From Camelus ferus (Eukaryota), in the NCBI RefSeq assembly GCF_009834535.1, contig NC_045697.1:57724001-57788000 (forward strand): 64,000 nt of DNA, read 5' to 3'. Of the stretch, positions 43,311 through 56,520 are shown in pieces. The translations under genes and the position numbers were made by a program. The stretch's first letter is position 1, and each line of letters opens with the position of its first letter. The notes beneath the pieces were generated by a model. The model was not told the DNA's origin and did no database searches. It saw only the letters and a program-made list of their open reading frames with translations.

Positions 43311-44429
43311 CTTAAATATATACAACTTTAAGTAGGCAATCTATCAATGTAGAATATTGGCACAAAAGGTAGATAAATGTATTGATTTTAATGTGTGTTT
43401 ACACATTGAGCTTTAAAAGCTCAATTTTTCATTTGCTATTGCATTAAAATTATATGATGTAAATGGCTTCATTCTCATTATCTTGCTTCTCGGCTCAAAT
43501 ATCTGGAATGGATGAGATGGCTGATTTCTCCCCCAAGCCATCTCTTTTTTTATATGGGACCACAATCTTAAGGAAGATAGACTAAGTTTGTTCAAAAGGT
43601 ATCAGTGTTCCAATAGTTAAAGCCTTATCAAGGCTGTGTGTCATACTTGCAGATTTCCCATGGTCAAAATAAGTCACATAACCAAGCCCTAAGCAATCTG
43701 GAAGAGAACTACATAAGGGCATAGATGCCAGAAAGCATGACTAATTAGCAGCCCTTAATCTAACAATCTGATACAAAAATAATGAAATATGCCCAAATCT
43801 CAGTAGCTTAGAACTTTCACATTACATTTCTATTATGGTATGGCTGTAGCTCTCCTCCATAGTAACATTACTCTCGAAATCTAGTGGACAGGGTAGCCCC
43901 AATCTCAGATTCCATTCATATTTCATAGGTCAAAGAAAGTCACTTCACCAAATCTATTTTAACAGAAAAGGGATGTTTTATTCTACCTTGCAGAGGAATA
44001 CTTCACACCAAATACGTGTTTATGTGCAGTTGAACACTGTATAACACAGTTCATATTCTAACAGTTGATAAGGTCCAATTTATTAATGTATAGCTATCTA
44101 GATGCATTAAAATAGTTTCACACTGTGGTAATACTTGCATTTACATGATAACTACTAAGTTTATTAGTTGTTAGATAATGTTAGAACTATTAGCAGTTCT
44201 AATAGATTGATTTGCTCTTTATGTTTTCTTTGCTGTTAAATGCCAATTTATGTCTTTTGCCTATTTTTTATTACATTTTGTGTCTTTTGCTTATAGATTC
44301 TTTATTGTTATTTTTCATTATATACTTTTGATATTAATTCTTTTTCAGATATATGAGTTTACATATATATATTTACTATTACTATATATATATATATATC
44401 TACTATTTTTAAGGCAGATGAAGCTCTAA

Positions 44430-44798
44430 ATATTACTTTTATTATTGATATAATCAATCCGAGAAAATGTCTTCAGATTGGCAGTCTTGCTAATATTTTG
44501 TCCCAGAGGACAATTTGTCCTCCCAGTTGTAGACATCATTGGACGATTGCAGCTCTCCTCAAGAAAAGCAAGCAGGTTTATTATCTGCAGAGAAAAGAGC
44601 AGACCAGAAGTCTTCATCTCAGCAGGAAGTCAGATCTGAATAAAGGGAAGGAAAGACTGAACTGAGCATGCCTACTTCCTTCTCTCAATTCCTCTCTCAG
44701 GCAATCCCTTCTCCAGTCAACAGGAATACAAAAGAAATGATGTTTTATCTGGGCATCTCTCATCCCAGGCGAGTTGACACATAAAATTAACCATTATG
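44430..44798 (-). mobile_element. MLT2-type LTR fragment
   Basis: Ends GAGTTGACACATAAAATTAACCAT, the MLT2 terminus in antisense. Confidence 0.65.
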
Positions 44799-45477
44799 CT
44801 AATGTTGCGCAGCCCCTGGATATATAGAAGTGCTTTGGCCCTTGTCATTTGGGTCACGTGCTTTATTTCTACCTCTGCAGAATCAGAGCTTTATGAACAG
44901 AAATATACATATCTCCAACATGGTTTCTACCTTTGTGTCATGGAATATGCTTTAGTAGATTAAAGAAAACTGTCATTTGGCTAAGTAATAGCTAATACCT
45001 AGCTAAGTAATAAAGGAAGGGGAGTAAAAAATATGATTGAAACAAAATGTAGAACCTCAGTCTTAACCAATAAACATCATTTATACTTAAAAATATATAT
45101 ATATGAGTGAGATTCTAGGCATTAGGCTAATTAAAATCCCACAATATAAAAATTTGAAGCCAGTATCTAACAGTTTCTTCAAATATCATCACCACCAGCA
45201 TTATCATATTTATTGATTCAATTTCTTAAACAGATATTAAATTTTTAGACATTTAAAATTTTCTATTTTTATAGAAAGTTGTGTTTTTCTGGGAATTTGT
45301 GTATTTAAAATAAATTTTTGACTTGGTTTGCATAAAGATGTTTATTTATCCTCTTACCTTGTTAATGTCTGTAGGATCTGTAGCAAAGCTCTCCTATTCA
45401 CTTGCTAAAAATAATTAATGTCCTCTCTTAATTCTTCTTGATCAGTCTTCCTAGGGACTTTTACATTTTCATAGTCT

Positions 45478-45822
45478 TTTTTCCCCCAGTTTTATTGAGA
45501 AATAATTGACAGACATTCACTGTGTAAGTTTAAGGAGTACAAGCATGATGGTTTAATTTACATATATTGTGAAATAATTACCATAATAGGTGCAGCTACC
45601 ATCCATCTTCTCATATAGATTTAAAAAAAAAGAAAGAAAGAAAGAAAAGAAAGAAAGGAAAAAAGGGAAAGAAATTTCTCCCTGTGATGAGAATTATTTA
45701 CTGTCTGTAAACTTTACTGTATCACAAATAGCAGTATGAGCTATAGTCATCATGTTGTACTTCATATCCCTAGTGCTTATTTATCTTATAACTAGAAGTT
45801 TGTACTTTTTGACCACCTTCTT
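45478..45822 (-). mobile_element. L1 (L1MA-like) 3' end
   Basis: TTTTATTGAGAAATAATTGACA...TATAGTCATCATGTTGTAC...ATTTATCTTATAACTAGAAGTTTGTACTTTTTGACCACCTTC. Confidence 0.8.
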
Positions 45823-46094
45823 TCAATTGCATTTTTTATAAACTAGAGGTTTTTGGCAACCCTGCATCAAGCAATTCTATTTGTGTCATAATTCTAATAG
45901 CATTATTTTTAATTAGATATAAATATTATTTTTAGGACATAATGCTGTTGCACACTTTATAGACTACAATATAGTGTAAACTTGTTTTTATATGCACTAG
46001 GAAACCAAAAGATTTATGTGACTCACTTGATTGTGATATTCACTTTATGGCAGTGGTCTCTAATCAAACCTGCAATATCTTTGAGGTACGCCTG
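45823..46094 (+). mobile_element. Tigger1-derived MITE lacking its left end
   Basis: GAGGTTTTTGGCAACCCTGCATCAAGCAA...AATATCTTTGAGGTACGCCTG|TA. Homologous to 19448-19869. Confidence 0.82.
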
Positions 46095-46879
46095 TACATT
46101 TATTTGCTAAGTGCAATAGAAATATAATAATTTTTAAAAAATTTTATCTAACAAAATTGTAAATGCACATTTTAATCTAAGAATTTATTTGTTTATTATT
46201 TAGAATTTCTTGTATATAATCATATCATTTGAAATAATGAGGTTTTTTGAATTATTATGATGCTTATAATTTATAAAATAGTCTTGTCTTTCTGAACTGA
46301 CACTGATCATTCATGTGATAGTAGTAATATTCACTTTACTTACAATGTAAAAGGAAAGGTTTTCAATGTTTCACTGGCAAATATATTTACTTTAATTATT
46401 TATAGATTAAGTTACCACTGAAAGCATTTCCCTTCCATTCCTAGATGTAAGAGTTTTCATTTTTTATCATAAATGGACAGTTGTTTTAAAATATTCTATG
46501 ACTTTAGCAAAACAGTCATATACACCTTCTCATAAATCTTTTAATGAGTAACGCACATTGATTCTTTAAGTAATAACCTAATTTAATATAATCTGGAATA
46601 ATTTAACTGGGCTATTATGTAGTATATTTTCCATACAATGGATGTTTCACTTATGTATTTTATTTAAATTACAGTTTATATTATGAACAAAATTAGCCTA
46701 TAGTTTCATTTTTCATGCTTTTCTTTTAATTTTTTTAGTACAAAATTTACCTGGAATAACTTAAAATGTAAGTTAAAAAGAAAAGAGCAGTCTTTTAAAA
46801 TAGGAAAGAGATGAGGCAAATGAACTTAACCATATATTAAATTAATAAGATAACTATGCAAGTACACAGGTCACTTTCT

Positions 46880-46942
46880 TTTTTTTTTTTTTTTTTTCCT
46901 ACAATGTGACTTTATTTGATGACAGGGCCTTTAAAAGGTAAG
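46880..46942 (-). mobile_element. Tiny polyadenylated retro-insert of non-L1 sequence
   Basis: Minus strand reads ...CATCAAATAAAGTCACATTGTAGG(A)19. Degenerate 15-bp TSD CACAGGTCACTTTCT (46865-46879) / CACAAATCATTTTCT (46943-46957), followed by AA. Confidence 0.65.
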
Positions 46943-47029
46943 CACAAATCATTTTCTAAACATTTAATTTCTTGGTCTTTTCATTGAAAAGTCAAGAAAA
47001 ATTAATTCTTAAGCAGCAGTTTTCATTCC

Positions 47030-47900
47030 TAGATCCTAGACCACATCCTGTAAACATCACTTCCAATTGGAAATAACCAAGAATCTTTTAAGAAATGGGC
47101 TGATTCAGAGCTGGAAAGGAAATGTTCCGGACAGGCATCCTCTTGGGCTAGAAAGCAAGAAAACTATCAAATTTTAAAAGTACTTTGTCCAGAGAACAGC
47201 ATAGACCACTCAAGTCTCTGCCCCTGGCCCAACTTGAGACAATATGAGCCAGAAAGACTACAATTTATTTTTTAAAAAATGCATGAATTCATAACAATAT
47301 TAATAGATATGATATTTGAGTTTGTTAGGACAGCATTGTGTTACTGTAAAAACTGACAATATAGGAATAAAGTCAATCATCTACCTTTTTATTTTAGCAT
47401 AACCAGCTGGTTAAAAAGGGAAATTTTTCTTTATAGAAGAATTTACCTAATACATTCAGCATTAAAAATAGAATTAGAATATTCCATTTTGCAGCTTATA
47501 ATGGAACAATGACTCTAAACAAAAATCAGTACGATATTAAAGGATTAGGAGAAAATGTGAGGAATTTTATAGTGGAGCGATCAGGCTGTCAGCACTCTAT
47601 CTACTGATCAAAGTCTACATTAATAAATATGCAACATCTGAAATTGTGTGCTTCATAGTTTAATAAAGCAGAAAGTACTAATAATCAGTATTATTCTCAT
47701 CTTCAAAAGTTGACTATAACTCTAATCAAACCTCTAGTTATGATTGCTGTTTTACAGGAAATATGGTAAATAGAGAAACTAAGTAAATAACACCACAAAA
47801 AAGCAATTTTCCTGACCAGATTTGAGTAAATCTATAAGATAAATAACTTGGTAATTCCAACAAGTTAATGCTATTTAATAAAAAAGCATCTCTAAAAGAG
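47030..47900 (+). mobile_element. Old L1M 3'UTR
   Basis: AGAAATGGGCTGATTCAGAGCTGG...CTAGAAAGCAAGAAAACTATCAAA...CTAATCAAACCTCTAG. Confidence 0.6.
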
Positions 47901-50900
47901 TTTTTATTTAACTTTGTGTGATACATATTTAGATTTCGCACAGAAGTGGTCACTGCTTATACCACCTTAACTAACAAATTCATGCATTATCAAAAAGATT
48001 TGATGTTTTCATGTTAAACCTAGATGTGTTTTTAGCAACCAGAGTCATGAATAAAAAGATAAATGGGAAAGTCATTTACTCAAAAATAAAAATAATAATA
48101 ACAATAATAATAAAACCACATAGCTTATTTTTACTAATGCAATTTTTTAACTGTTATAAAATATTCTTGCTTATGGATCAAATAATATAGACTTATAAAA
48201 GCTGAATGTCCTAAGTCTTCAAAACAGTGCTGGTATATAGTTATGTTGGAGGCAGAATTTAAAAATCATCATAAATGTAAGTTTCTATTTCCTACTTGCC
48301 TGCAGATTCTGCCCATTTGGTAACTAATGTTTGACCTATTATATCATAGATTCAAAATTTGAAATCATAATGGGAAAAATTATTAGAACTGATAAAATAT
48401 TTTGTTTCCACACTCAGAAACATACAAAGAATATAAAGTGTTTTCCCCTGACAACTGCTGTGAAAGTCAAAACAATGGTATCTCTTTTTTTTTTTTAATA
48501 AGAGTTGGAAAATCTAGTTCAGCTCTTGCAGCATCAACGACAGCAGCACCACAGATGCTGTTCACCAGACGGAGCAAAACAGAAAATGGAAGTCGTTCTT
48601 TCTCTCTTTGCTAAGCAGTCTTAAAATCGATATTAGCTGGTAAAAGTCAAATTCTGCTTTTTACACTAACTTTGGGGTACACAGATATGCAACATTTTTC
48701 AAAAGAAAGTTTTCTCTAAGATATCTATAGTCTAATCAGTGTGTATGTATAGTGTGTAGTACATGTAGCCCGATACAGAAACAAAGTTAGTCAGAGGTGA
48801 TTGTGACTTGGCCAAGATAGCAATTGTGTTACTATATTTAAGTATATTTATATTGTGAAAGGTATTTATCACATTTAAAATGTTTTAGGAAATATTCTAT
48901 GCTGATTTGTGAGAGGAATGAACTTTTCAGGCAGTCTTCTATAGTCAAAGCAGAGTAAATGTTAACCTCTGTTCTGTGCTGCAAATGAATGAATAATTCT
49001 GAACAGCCGAAACTGAACTTAGTAATGGAGATGCTGAGTCACAGAGAAAAAGTGATATATGAAACTATTAAAGGCCCTCACCAAGACTCTCCTTTTCCTT
49101 GTGCCAATAATCCAAGGGATGAAATGTAACTCACTGTGAAGGACAAAAATAAATGTGTCAGATATGATATGTTAGTCCTAAAAATGAGGGAAAGTGCAGT
49201 TTTTAAAATATAATATTAATAAAAGTGATTAATTTCCCTCATCCCTTCCCTACCATATCTAGAATGGTAATTTCAATGCATACAAATTCAGAAATATGGT
49301 AAATAGAGAATTCAGGGGTTTTGGGTGGCCTCAGTCATTTTTCTTCACATACTGAATTCTTTGAAACTGAGTAATTCAGTTTTGGAGGCACTAATGATGT
49401 AGCGAATTGTATTCTGTTTACAAAATGGTATTTTCGTCACTGAAAGGAACGGCAACAACCTAAATTCTTGTTCATCGTAGGTAATACACAAACATGACGA
49501 AGAAGTATCAATTCATTGTGTGACCTTGGATAAATAAAGCATTTCCTTATATAAAATTTCAAGAACTATGTAAATTTATATAAAATTGATTAGTAGCCTT
49601 AGGCAGCATTTCATAAATGTGTTTCTGTTATATAGTAATAGCAGTAGAATAATAGACTAGAACTATTTCATGAGAGTGTTAATTAACCATAATCAGTCCT
49701 GGAGCATTATTTTCCCTTAGCAACAAGAACAAAATAGCTTTAAACACAGAGACACAGAGTAAGGAAGGGATTCTTTGAACACTATTACGGGAAATTGTCT
49801 CCTTTCCTGTACGCTAAAAACATAATAAAATCTGTCTGTTCTGAGTCAAATGATAATCTGAGCTCATAGGCAAATGAAGTCTTGAGTTCTAAGGGAAAAA
49901 AAGCTGGTATTTTACTTTCTCCCCCAGTGTTTTGAGAAGGTGTCTGAAGAAATAGATTAGAGAGCATTGCCTCTTGTCTATCCTCAATTGAAATTCTAAC
50001 ACTATTTAACAATAACATTAAGTAGTTTCACTAACCCACAAAAATAGTTGAATAGGTAAGCTGAATCCTCTCTCTCTATGCAATTGTTGGTGAACACATG
50101 GAAAAAAGAGAGGATATTCCTTTGTGTACATTCACAGGGCAATACAATCTGCTTTTTTCTGAGGATCATGTAGGAGGGTTTAGATTTCCACTACTGCAAG
50201 ACCATCACAACTTTAATTAAAATTAAACTACATACATCAACTACATACTAAATTTAAATAAAATTAAACTGCAATAAGTAGGCAAAGAACAATAATAACT
50301 GGAAAAGAAACCAAGTGACAAAATGAATGACTAGTTTACATAAATAGTAATAATAAATGTATGGCAATGCAAAACATATTCATAACGTAGATAATAAAGT
50401 GTCTTTATATGTTGAAAAGAAAAAGATGAAAAAGTTAACACAAAATAATGGTCAAATGATATGAATAGTAAATTCTCACCCATGTGATAAGATCACACTT
50501 ACATGTACTCAGGATCTAGTTATTGTCTTACAATTGATGAAATGCAGATTATTAGTTACTCTTCTGAAGGAAGAAGATGAGGTCTTCTCTCACCATAACA
50601 ACACCTTTTTTTTAAACTTAGGATATTAAATAACTTAACTCACATACTTGGTAATTCAGTCATTTGTACCCAAATGTAGCTAATTCCAGGCCCTGGCTCT
50701 CTAAATCATTACATGAGGATAATGACACATAAAATAAATATTTAAACATCTAAGAGTAGATGATATTTACCATAGAGACATTGTGGAATGAGTGAAGAGA
50801 ATCTAGACTATAACTCTAAGGGATACAGAACTTTAAGAATGAGGTAGAAGCAGTAGAGTAGAAAAGGAAAAGCAGAATAGAGTAAGTGTTGTGAGATGTC

Positions 50901-52299
50901 AGAGAAATACTAGAAGCGAGTGGTGCTTGGGAGACTGGGAAAAGAGTTTTCTGAGAACAGTTACTAGCCATGTCAAATAACAAGAAGCCAGGCAAGGTGA
51001 AGATTTTAAATGTCCAGGGGCTTTAAAATACCAAAGTTTTTGTTTGGTTTGGTTATTTGTTTTTTGCAAACAATAAGAAAAATGGAAAAAAAAACCCATT
51101 AGTTTTAATAAGTATTGATTTTACAAAGCCTTATTAAGTTTAAATTCCTATCCCTACACTCTTCAAAATCCAAGTTAAGAGTATTGTTAGGTCTAAAACA
51201 ATGTCAATATCTGATATGTTACTAGAGTTATTATAATCTCTTAATGTGTTCATATTAGTATCCTTGTTAGCACTTTAATACATTTTATAGAAAAAAAGTT
51301 TGAAAAGATATTAAGATACAAAGCAAAGCAACCAACTATTCTTGTACTATTTCACGAAGACCTGCTTTGTTGTTGTTCTCTATGAAATCCCAGCATAGAA
51401 CTATTTGTTTGCTCCCTGCATTACAATCTTAACTGTGACAGCATAGCATTATCACCTCCCCCACTGATTCTCCCTTATTTATTCTGGTTAAAATTATCAC
51501 CCTATTATTTTGGAGTTTATCTTAACCTTTTAATACACTTTGCTTGCTTTTATATTCTTCGCATGTGTATGCACTTTCCCAGTATATTTGCAAAATCTTT
51601 TCTCTATAACCAGAAAAACAACCAATAGAAACAAACATAGATTTATTGACTGCTAAACATAAGAAAAATTAATTTGTCCCAAAATGGAGTATCAGGAGAT
51701 GGTATAAAAACTCAGTGATGACCAGTTATAGTGGGTGCTATTATAAAAATTTCCATGGACACTATTACAAAAATTTTTGTAGGAGCTGTAGGTTGAGTTA
51801 TGTTCCCTTCTAATTATGGCATTCTATTCATTTCTATTTATGTCATCTATATATTAAAAAGTCTTCTTGCAAAAAATTGTTTACTGCTACTGCTTATACC
51901 CATTAACTTTAATAATAGGCTAAATATTTAAAATTCAAAAACACTTTATCTCCTACCTCTTTCAGCTAGAGAACAAAATATGATAATGTTTGAAGAAGTT
52001 AAAATTAATTAGCACTTCCATAAATTTAGTTCCTATTTCTATTTCTGTTAACATTTTCTCATTCATTTTAAATTACATCTGGGAGGTATTCCTCCGTAGT
52101 GAAGTGAATGTGCAGGTTAGAGAGATAGCTGCTTCCAATTCTACCTGTGCTGTTTTGGGCAAGTTGTGTAACATCTCTCAGCCTTAGGATTCACATATGT
52201 AAAGTGAAAGCAATGTTTCTAACGTATAGTGTATACAAAGCTTAAACTAGACCGTGTTACATGGGGCCCTCAAAATATTAATGAGTCTTAGCACAGAGT

Positions 52300-53900
52300 G
52301 AGCGACTGAAAAAGCAGGCAGAGAGTTTTGCCTAATAGAGAAGCCAGCAAAACATTTGGGAATCTTATAGAGTTTAACAAAAAGAAAAGAAAATCAGAAA
52401 CTTGTGTGGCCAAAATCCCAGTTTGAAGGGAGACACAGGGAACTGTGTCCAATGCATTGCGGAATCTTTAAGCTTCAATCTTGTGCAAGGAAAAAAGCAG
52501 AAAAATAAGCAGAAAGTGAATGAAAATTAGAGTGAAGTTAACCCACTATGGCAACCTAACAGCAAATAAAGTGAACCTTCTGTGGAGAAAGATAAAACAT
52601 ATCTGTGTCATAACTTTTCATATGCAATGTTAAACATTCAAACACAGACTATCAGACATATCAATAAGGAAAATCCGGGGAGCACAGATAATGTAACTTA
52701 ACTCATTGATGACCCAGTGATGTTGGTTATCAGGTACAAACTTTGTAATGAATATGTTTATAAATAAATGTTTAAGAAAAATGATGTATATTTTGGTTTC
52801 CTAGTGCTGCTGTGACAAATCACCCCAGACTTAGGAGTTTACAGCAACACAAAGCTATTATCTTATAATTCTGGAGATCAGAAGTCTGGAATGAGTCTTA
52901 CGGGACTAAAATGAAAGTGTCAGCCAGGCTGGTTCCTTCTGGCAGCTTTAGGAGAGAATCATTTGCTTGCCTCTTTCAGCCTCTAAAGACTGCTAGCATT
53001 CCATGGTCTGTGTCCATAGCACTCAAATCTCTGCTTCTGTTCTCACATCATCTTCTCCTCTTTGCCTCCTGCCTCCCTCTTACACTCTTGTGATTTTATT
53101 GTGGCCACCCAGATAATCCATGATAATCCCCCTTTCTCAAGAATCTTAATGTAATCACATCTACAAAGTCACTTTTACCACGTAAAATAACATATTCACA
53201 AATTCTGAGAGTAGGACATGAACATCTTTGGGGAGCCATTATTCAGCCTATCACAAATGCTAAAATGGAAATGTCCTCTGAGAATAAGAAGTTATAAAAG
53301 AATAAAATGGAATGCTGAAACTAAAAAATGTGTTAATTGTATATTTTAAAATTACAAAAAATGAAAAGAGTTGTAATAGCAAATTGGAAATGGAAGTAGA
53401 GAGGATTAGTGAACCAGAAGATAGGTCAATGGAAAATGTCCAAGCTAATGTATATGGAGAATCATAAAATGATGGAAAATAGATATAAATACTGAGAAGG
53501 CCTTACATATCTGTAATGTGAGTTTAGAATCCATGAAAAGCAGAAGAGGAAATGGAAGAGAAATAATTTTAGGAGATAATACACCCGATTTTTTTTTAAA
53601 AGCCACAGATTCAGTGCAATCTATGAAATATAAATAGAGAGAAAAATCACTTCCAGGTGTATGACAAGAAAACTAGTAAAAATGAAACACAAAGGAAAAG
53701 CAATGCGATAAAATGGAAATATGTTATCTTCAAAGAGGCTAAATGAGATTGTTCGGAAACTGCTCAAAAGAAATGATAGACATCAGAAAAAAATGAAATT
53801 TTATTCTTTAAGTTCTTACAGACAAAGCTAGAAGTCTATATTAACTGAGACTATCCTTCCAGTGTTGAATAAATAAATTTCAGATAAAATTCAACCAAAC
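52300..53900 (+). mobile_element. Old L1 ORF1-region / HAL1-like remnant interrupted by the MLT1
   Basis: Purine-rich, with GAAGTAGAGAGGATTAGTGAACCAGAAGATAGGTCA, typical of the L1 ORF1 coiled-coil region. Confidence 0.55.
52785..53255 (-). mobile_element. MLT1C/D-like MaLR solo LTR
   Basis: TG...CA termini with a 5-bp TSD AATGA/AATGC. TTCTGGAGATCAGAAGTCTGGAATGAGTCTTAC...GGGAGCCATTATTCAGCCTATCACA. Confidence 0.87.
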
Positions 53901-54749
53901 CCACAAAACTCGTTAGTTGTAATCACATACATAACCAGCATAACTGTGATACTAACATGATAAGTACATATATATACATTCATTCTCTCTTTTCTTTTGA
54001 AAATATTAAGAAAAATTATGAATATAATTTTACCAAAGTGAATATAGTGTTATCTAAAAGACAATGTGTTACAGTACAGTTTGATATCATCCCCCAAAAA
54101 CTCAGCTGAATTTTTTAGAAGCAATTGATTTTATTGAACATGATCAAAACATTAAAAAAAATTTTTTTGAAGTGTGAGACAATTTTTTTCCAAATATGCT
54201 TATATAAATACACATCCTGATCACTTATTCAGTAAATCTATTTATATTTATATTTATATTTAATAAATATAAGTTGTAAGTATAGTAAACATCAGATTCA
54301 CTTCTTGCCCTCAAGTAGCTTGTGGTTTATTGAAAATAGAGTTGTGGGGTAGTGATAGTGGTAAGAAAAAACAAAACAGGGAGGAAACAATAAAAAGTGT
54401 TTTCAGAAATGGGAATAGACAATTCCTAAGCAGGTATTGGTGAGGAGTAAGATTAGGGTGATGGGCAGATTGCACAGTTTTATGTGTTATGTTGTTTTGT
54501 GCCGTCACGTCACATCATGCTATGATGTCATGTGATGTGATGTGAAATTACATTAAGGAATAGAGACCACTTGCTAATGGCAGTTCTTGGATTTAGAGGC
54601 CCAATGACATTTGTCAGTTAACAGATAAAGCTACAGGGTGGCACAGGGACTAGAAATGTCAAGAGGGGCTTCAAGCATACAAAAAATTGTTATAACACTT
54701 ATAAAAATTAACCAGAATAAAACAGAATAATGACAGGAAAATTAAAAGA

Positions 54750-55590
54750 AGTACCTGGATTGTGAGGGAGTGGAGCAGCAGGAACTCTCATTCATTGCTG
54801 GTGGGATTGCAAAATAGCACAGCCACTTTGAAAGACAGTTTGGCAGTTTGGCAGTTTTTTTTTTTTTTTTCCACAAAACTAAACATACTCTTATATAGGA
54901 TCTAACAATCATGCTCATTGTTATTTACTCAAATGTAAAAAACTTATGTCCACACAGAATCCTGCATGTGGATGTTTATGGCAGCTTTACTCATAATTGT
55001 CAAAATTTGGAAGTTTTGGAATTCCAAAATTTTGGAATTTGGAAGCAACCATGATGTTCTTCAGGGGGTGAATGGATAAATGGTGGTACATCTAGATTAA
55101 GTAAAAAGTCATGAAAAGATATAGAGGAATCTTAAATGCATATCAATAAGTGAAAAACCAATCTGAAAGGACTAAATGCTGTATGACTTACATTATTTGA
55201 TATTCTAGAAAAGACAACTATGGACAGTGGTTGCCAAGGGTTAGAGGAGAGAGAGGATGAATAGGTGGTGTAGAGAGGATTTTGGGGGGCAATGAAACTG
55301 CTCTGTGTAATACTATAATGGCAGATGCATGTCATTCTACATTTGTCCAAACCCGTAGAGTGTACAACACCAAGAGTGAACCCTAATGTAAGCTATGGAC
55401 ACTGCATGACAATTATTTGTCAGTGTAGGTTCATTAAGTGTAATAAATGTATCACTCTGATGGGCTTATTAATAATGTGGGAGGCTATGCATGTGTGGGG
55501 AAATGAGGTATATGGGCAATATTTGTATCTTCCACTTGATTTTGCTGTGAACCTAAAACTGCTCTGAAAAAAAACAAAATATATTTTTAA
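54750..55590 (+). mobile_element. L1MC-type 3' end
   Basis: GGAACTCTCATTCATTGCTGGTGGGA...TGTACAACACCAAGAGTGAACCCTAATGTAA...TTTGCTGTGAACCTAAAACTGCTCT plus an A tail. Same family as 3795-4560, in the opposite orientation. Confidence 0.85.
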
Positions 55591-55964
55591 AAATCAATAT
55601 AATTGTCCATCTAACCTGCAGCTGACTATAGATGCATGAGTCTACCCAGTCAGAACCATCAGCTGGTCGATAAATTTGTGAGCAATAATAAATATTTGTT
55701 TAAGAAGTGTATTGACCTAGGGCATTTAGGAGACCTTAAAAGAGTAATGATCAGAGATGGAAGATTAAATGAGGCAGGAGACAAGGATAAAATTTATTTC
55801 TGGCGTGCTCGAATTTTATTTTTATCATGCTCTGAACAAGTAGCTAGAACATTTGGAAAGATATTTTATTTCCCCTTTTTTCCCTCTGTCATCACATCTA
55901 AGACATTTTCCACATCTATACATGCTCTTTTAACTGAATAAAAATTATAATTGCTTTAAAAATA

Positions 55965-56175
55965 ATAATACTTATCTAAGTGTCCTGCACTGGACTTTAT
56001 GCTTTATTTAATCTATAAATTACTCTTTTGATTAAAAAGCATTATTTTTCTTATTTTCCAGAAACCAAAACTGAAATTTTGAGATTCACGTATAAAAAGT
56101 CTCAAGCCTATAAATGGAAGGACCAGAATTCAACCAAAAAAAAAAAAGCCTACTAAACCTGGTCTTTTAAATATT
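55965..56175 (-). mobile_element. MIR (host side) overlapping the left direct repeat
   Basis: ATTATTTTTCTTATTTTCCAGAAACCAAAACTGAAA...TAAATGGAAGGACCAGAATTCAACC, the MIR core in antisense. Confidence 0.6.
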
Positions 56176-56215
56176 TATTTGTATCAAGTACATTTCTTGA
56201 AACACATAAGATCTT
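56076..56215 (+). repeat. Left copy of ~140-bp direct repeat flanking the C2orf81/SDR insert
   Basis: ATTTTGAGAT...AAAAAGTCTCAAGCC...GGACCAGAATTCAACC(A12)GCCTAC...GTATCAAGTACATTTCTTGAAACACATAAGATCTT aligns to 60877-61021. About 8 substitutions and 2 small indels over the ~122-bp core. Confidence 0.93.
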
Positions 56216-56520
56216 ACAAATGAATATTCCAGATAAAGGAAAACAGATGTGCAAAAGTGCAGCCAGAATTAAAAAACAGAGTGTGGTCCAAGAGATACAG
56301 ATTGACTGGCTGGTGACAAGAGTGTAGGTTTGGGAAAGGCAACGGTGAGGTTCTGTCTGCAGAGGGACTTGAAAGTGGAGAGAAGCAGCTTAGTTTTTAT
56401 ATCTATAAAGCATAGAGTACCTTCAGAGGACCTGAAGCAAGACAGTGGTATGATGAACGGTGATTTAGTGGCAGAAGGGAAGACAGGAGAGAAGACAGTT
56501 TAAGAAACTATTACTAAGCA
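56216..56520 (-). mobile_element. L2 fragment at the left edge of the insert
   Basis: ATTCCAGATAAAGGAAAACAGATGTGCAAAAG...GAAGCAAGACAGTGGTATGAT, typical antisense L2. Confidence 0.6.
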
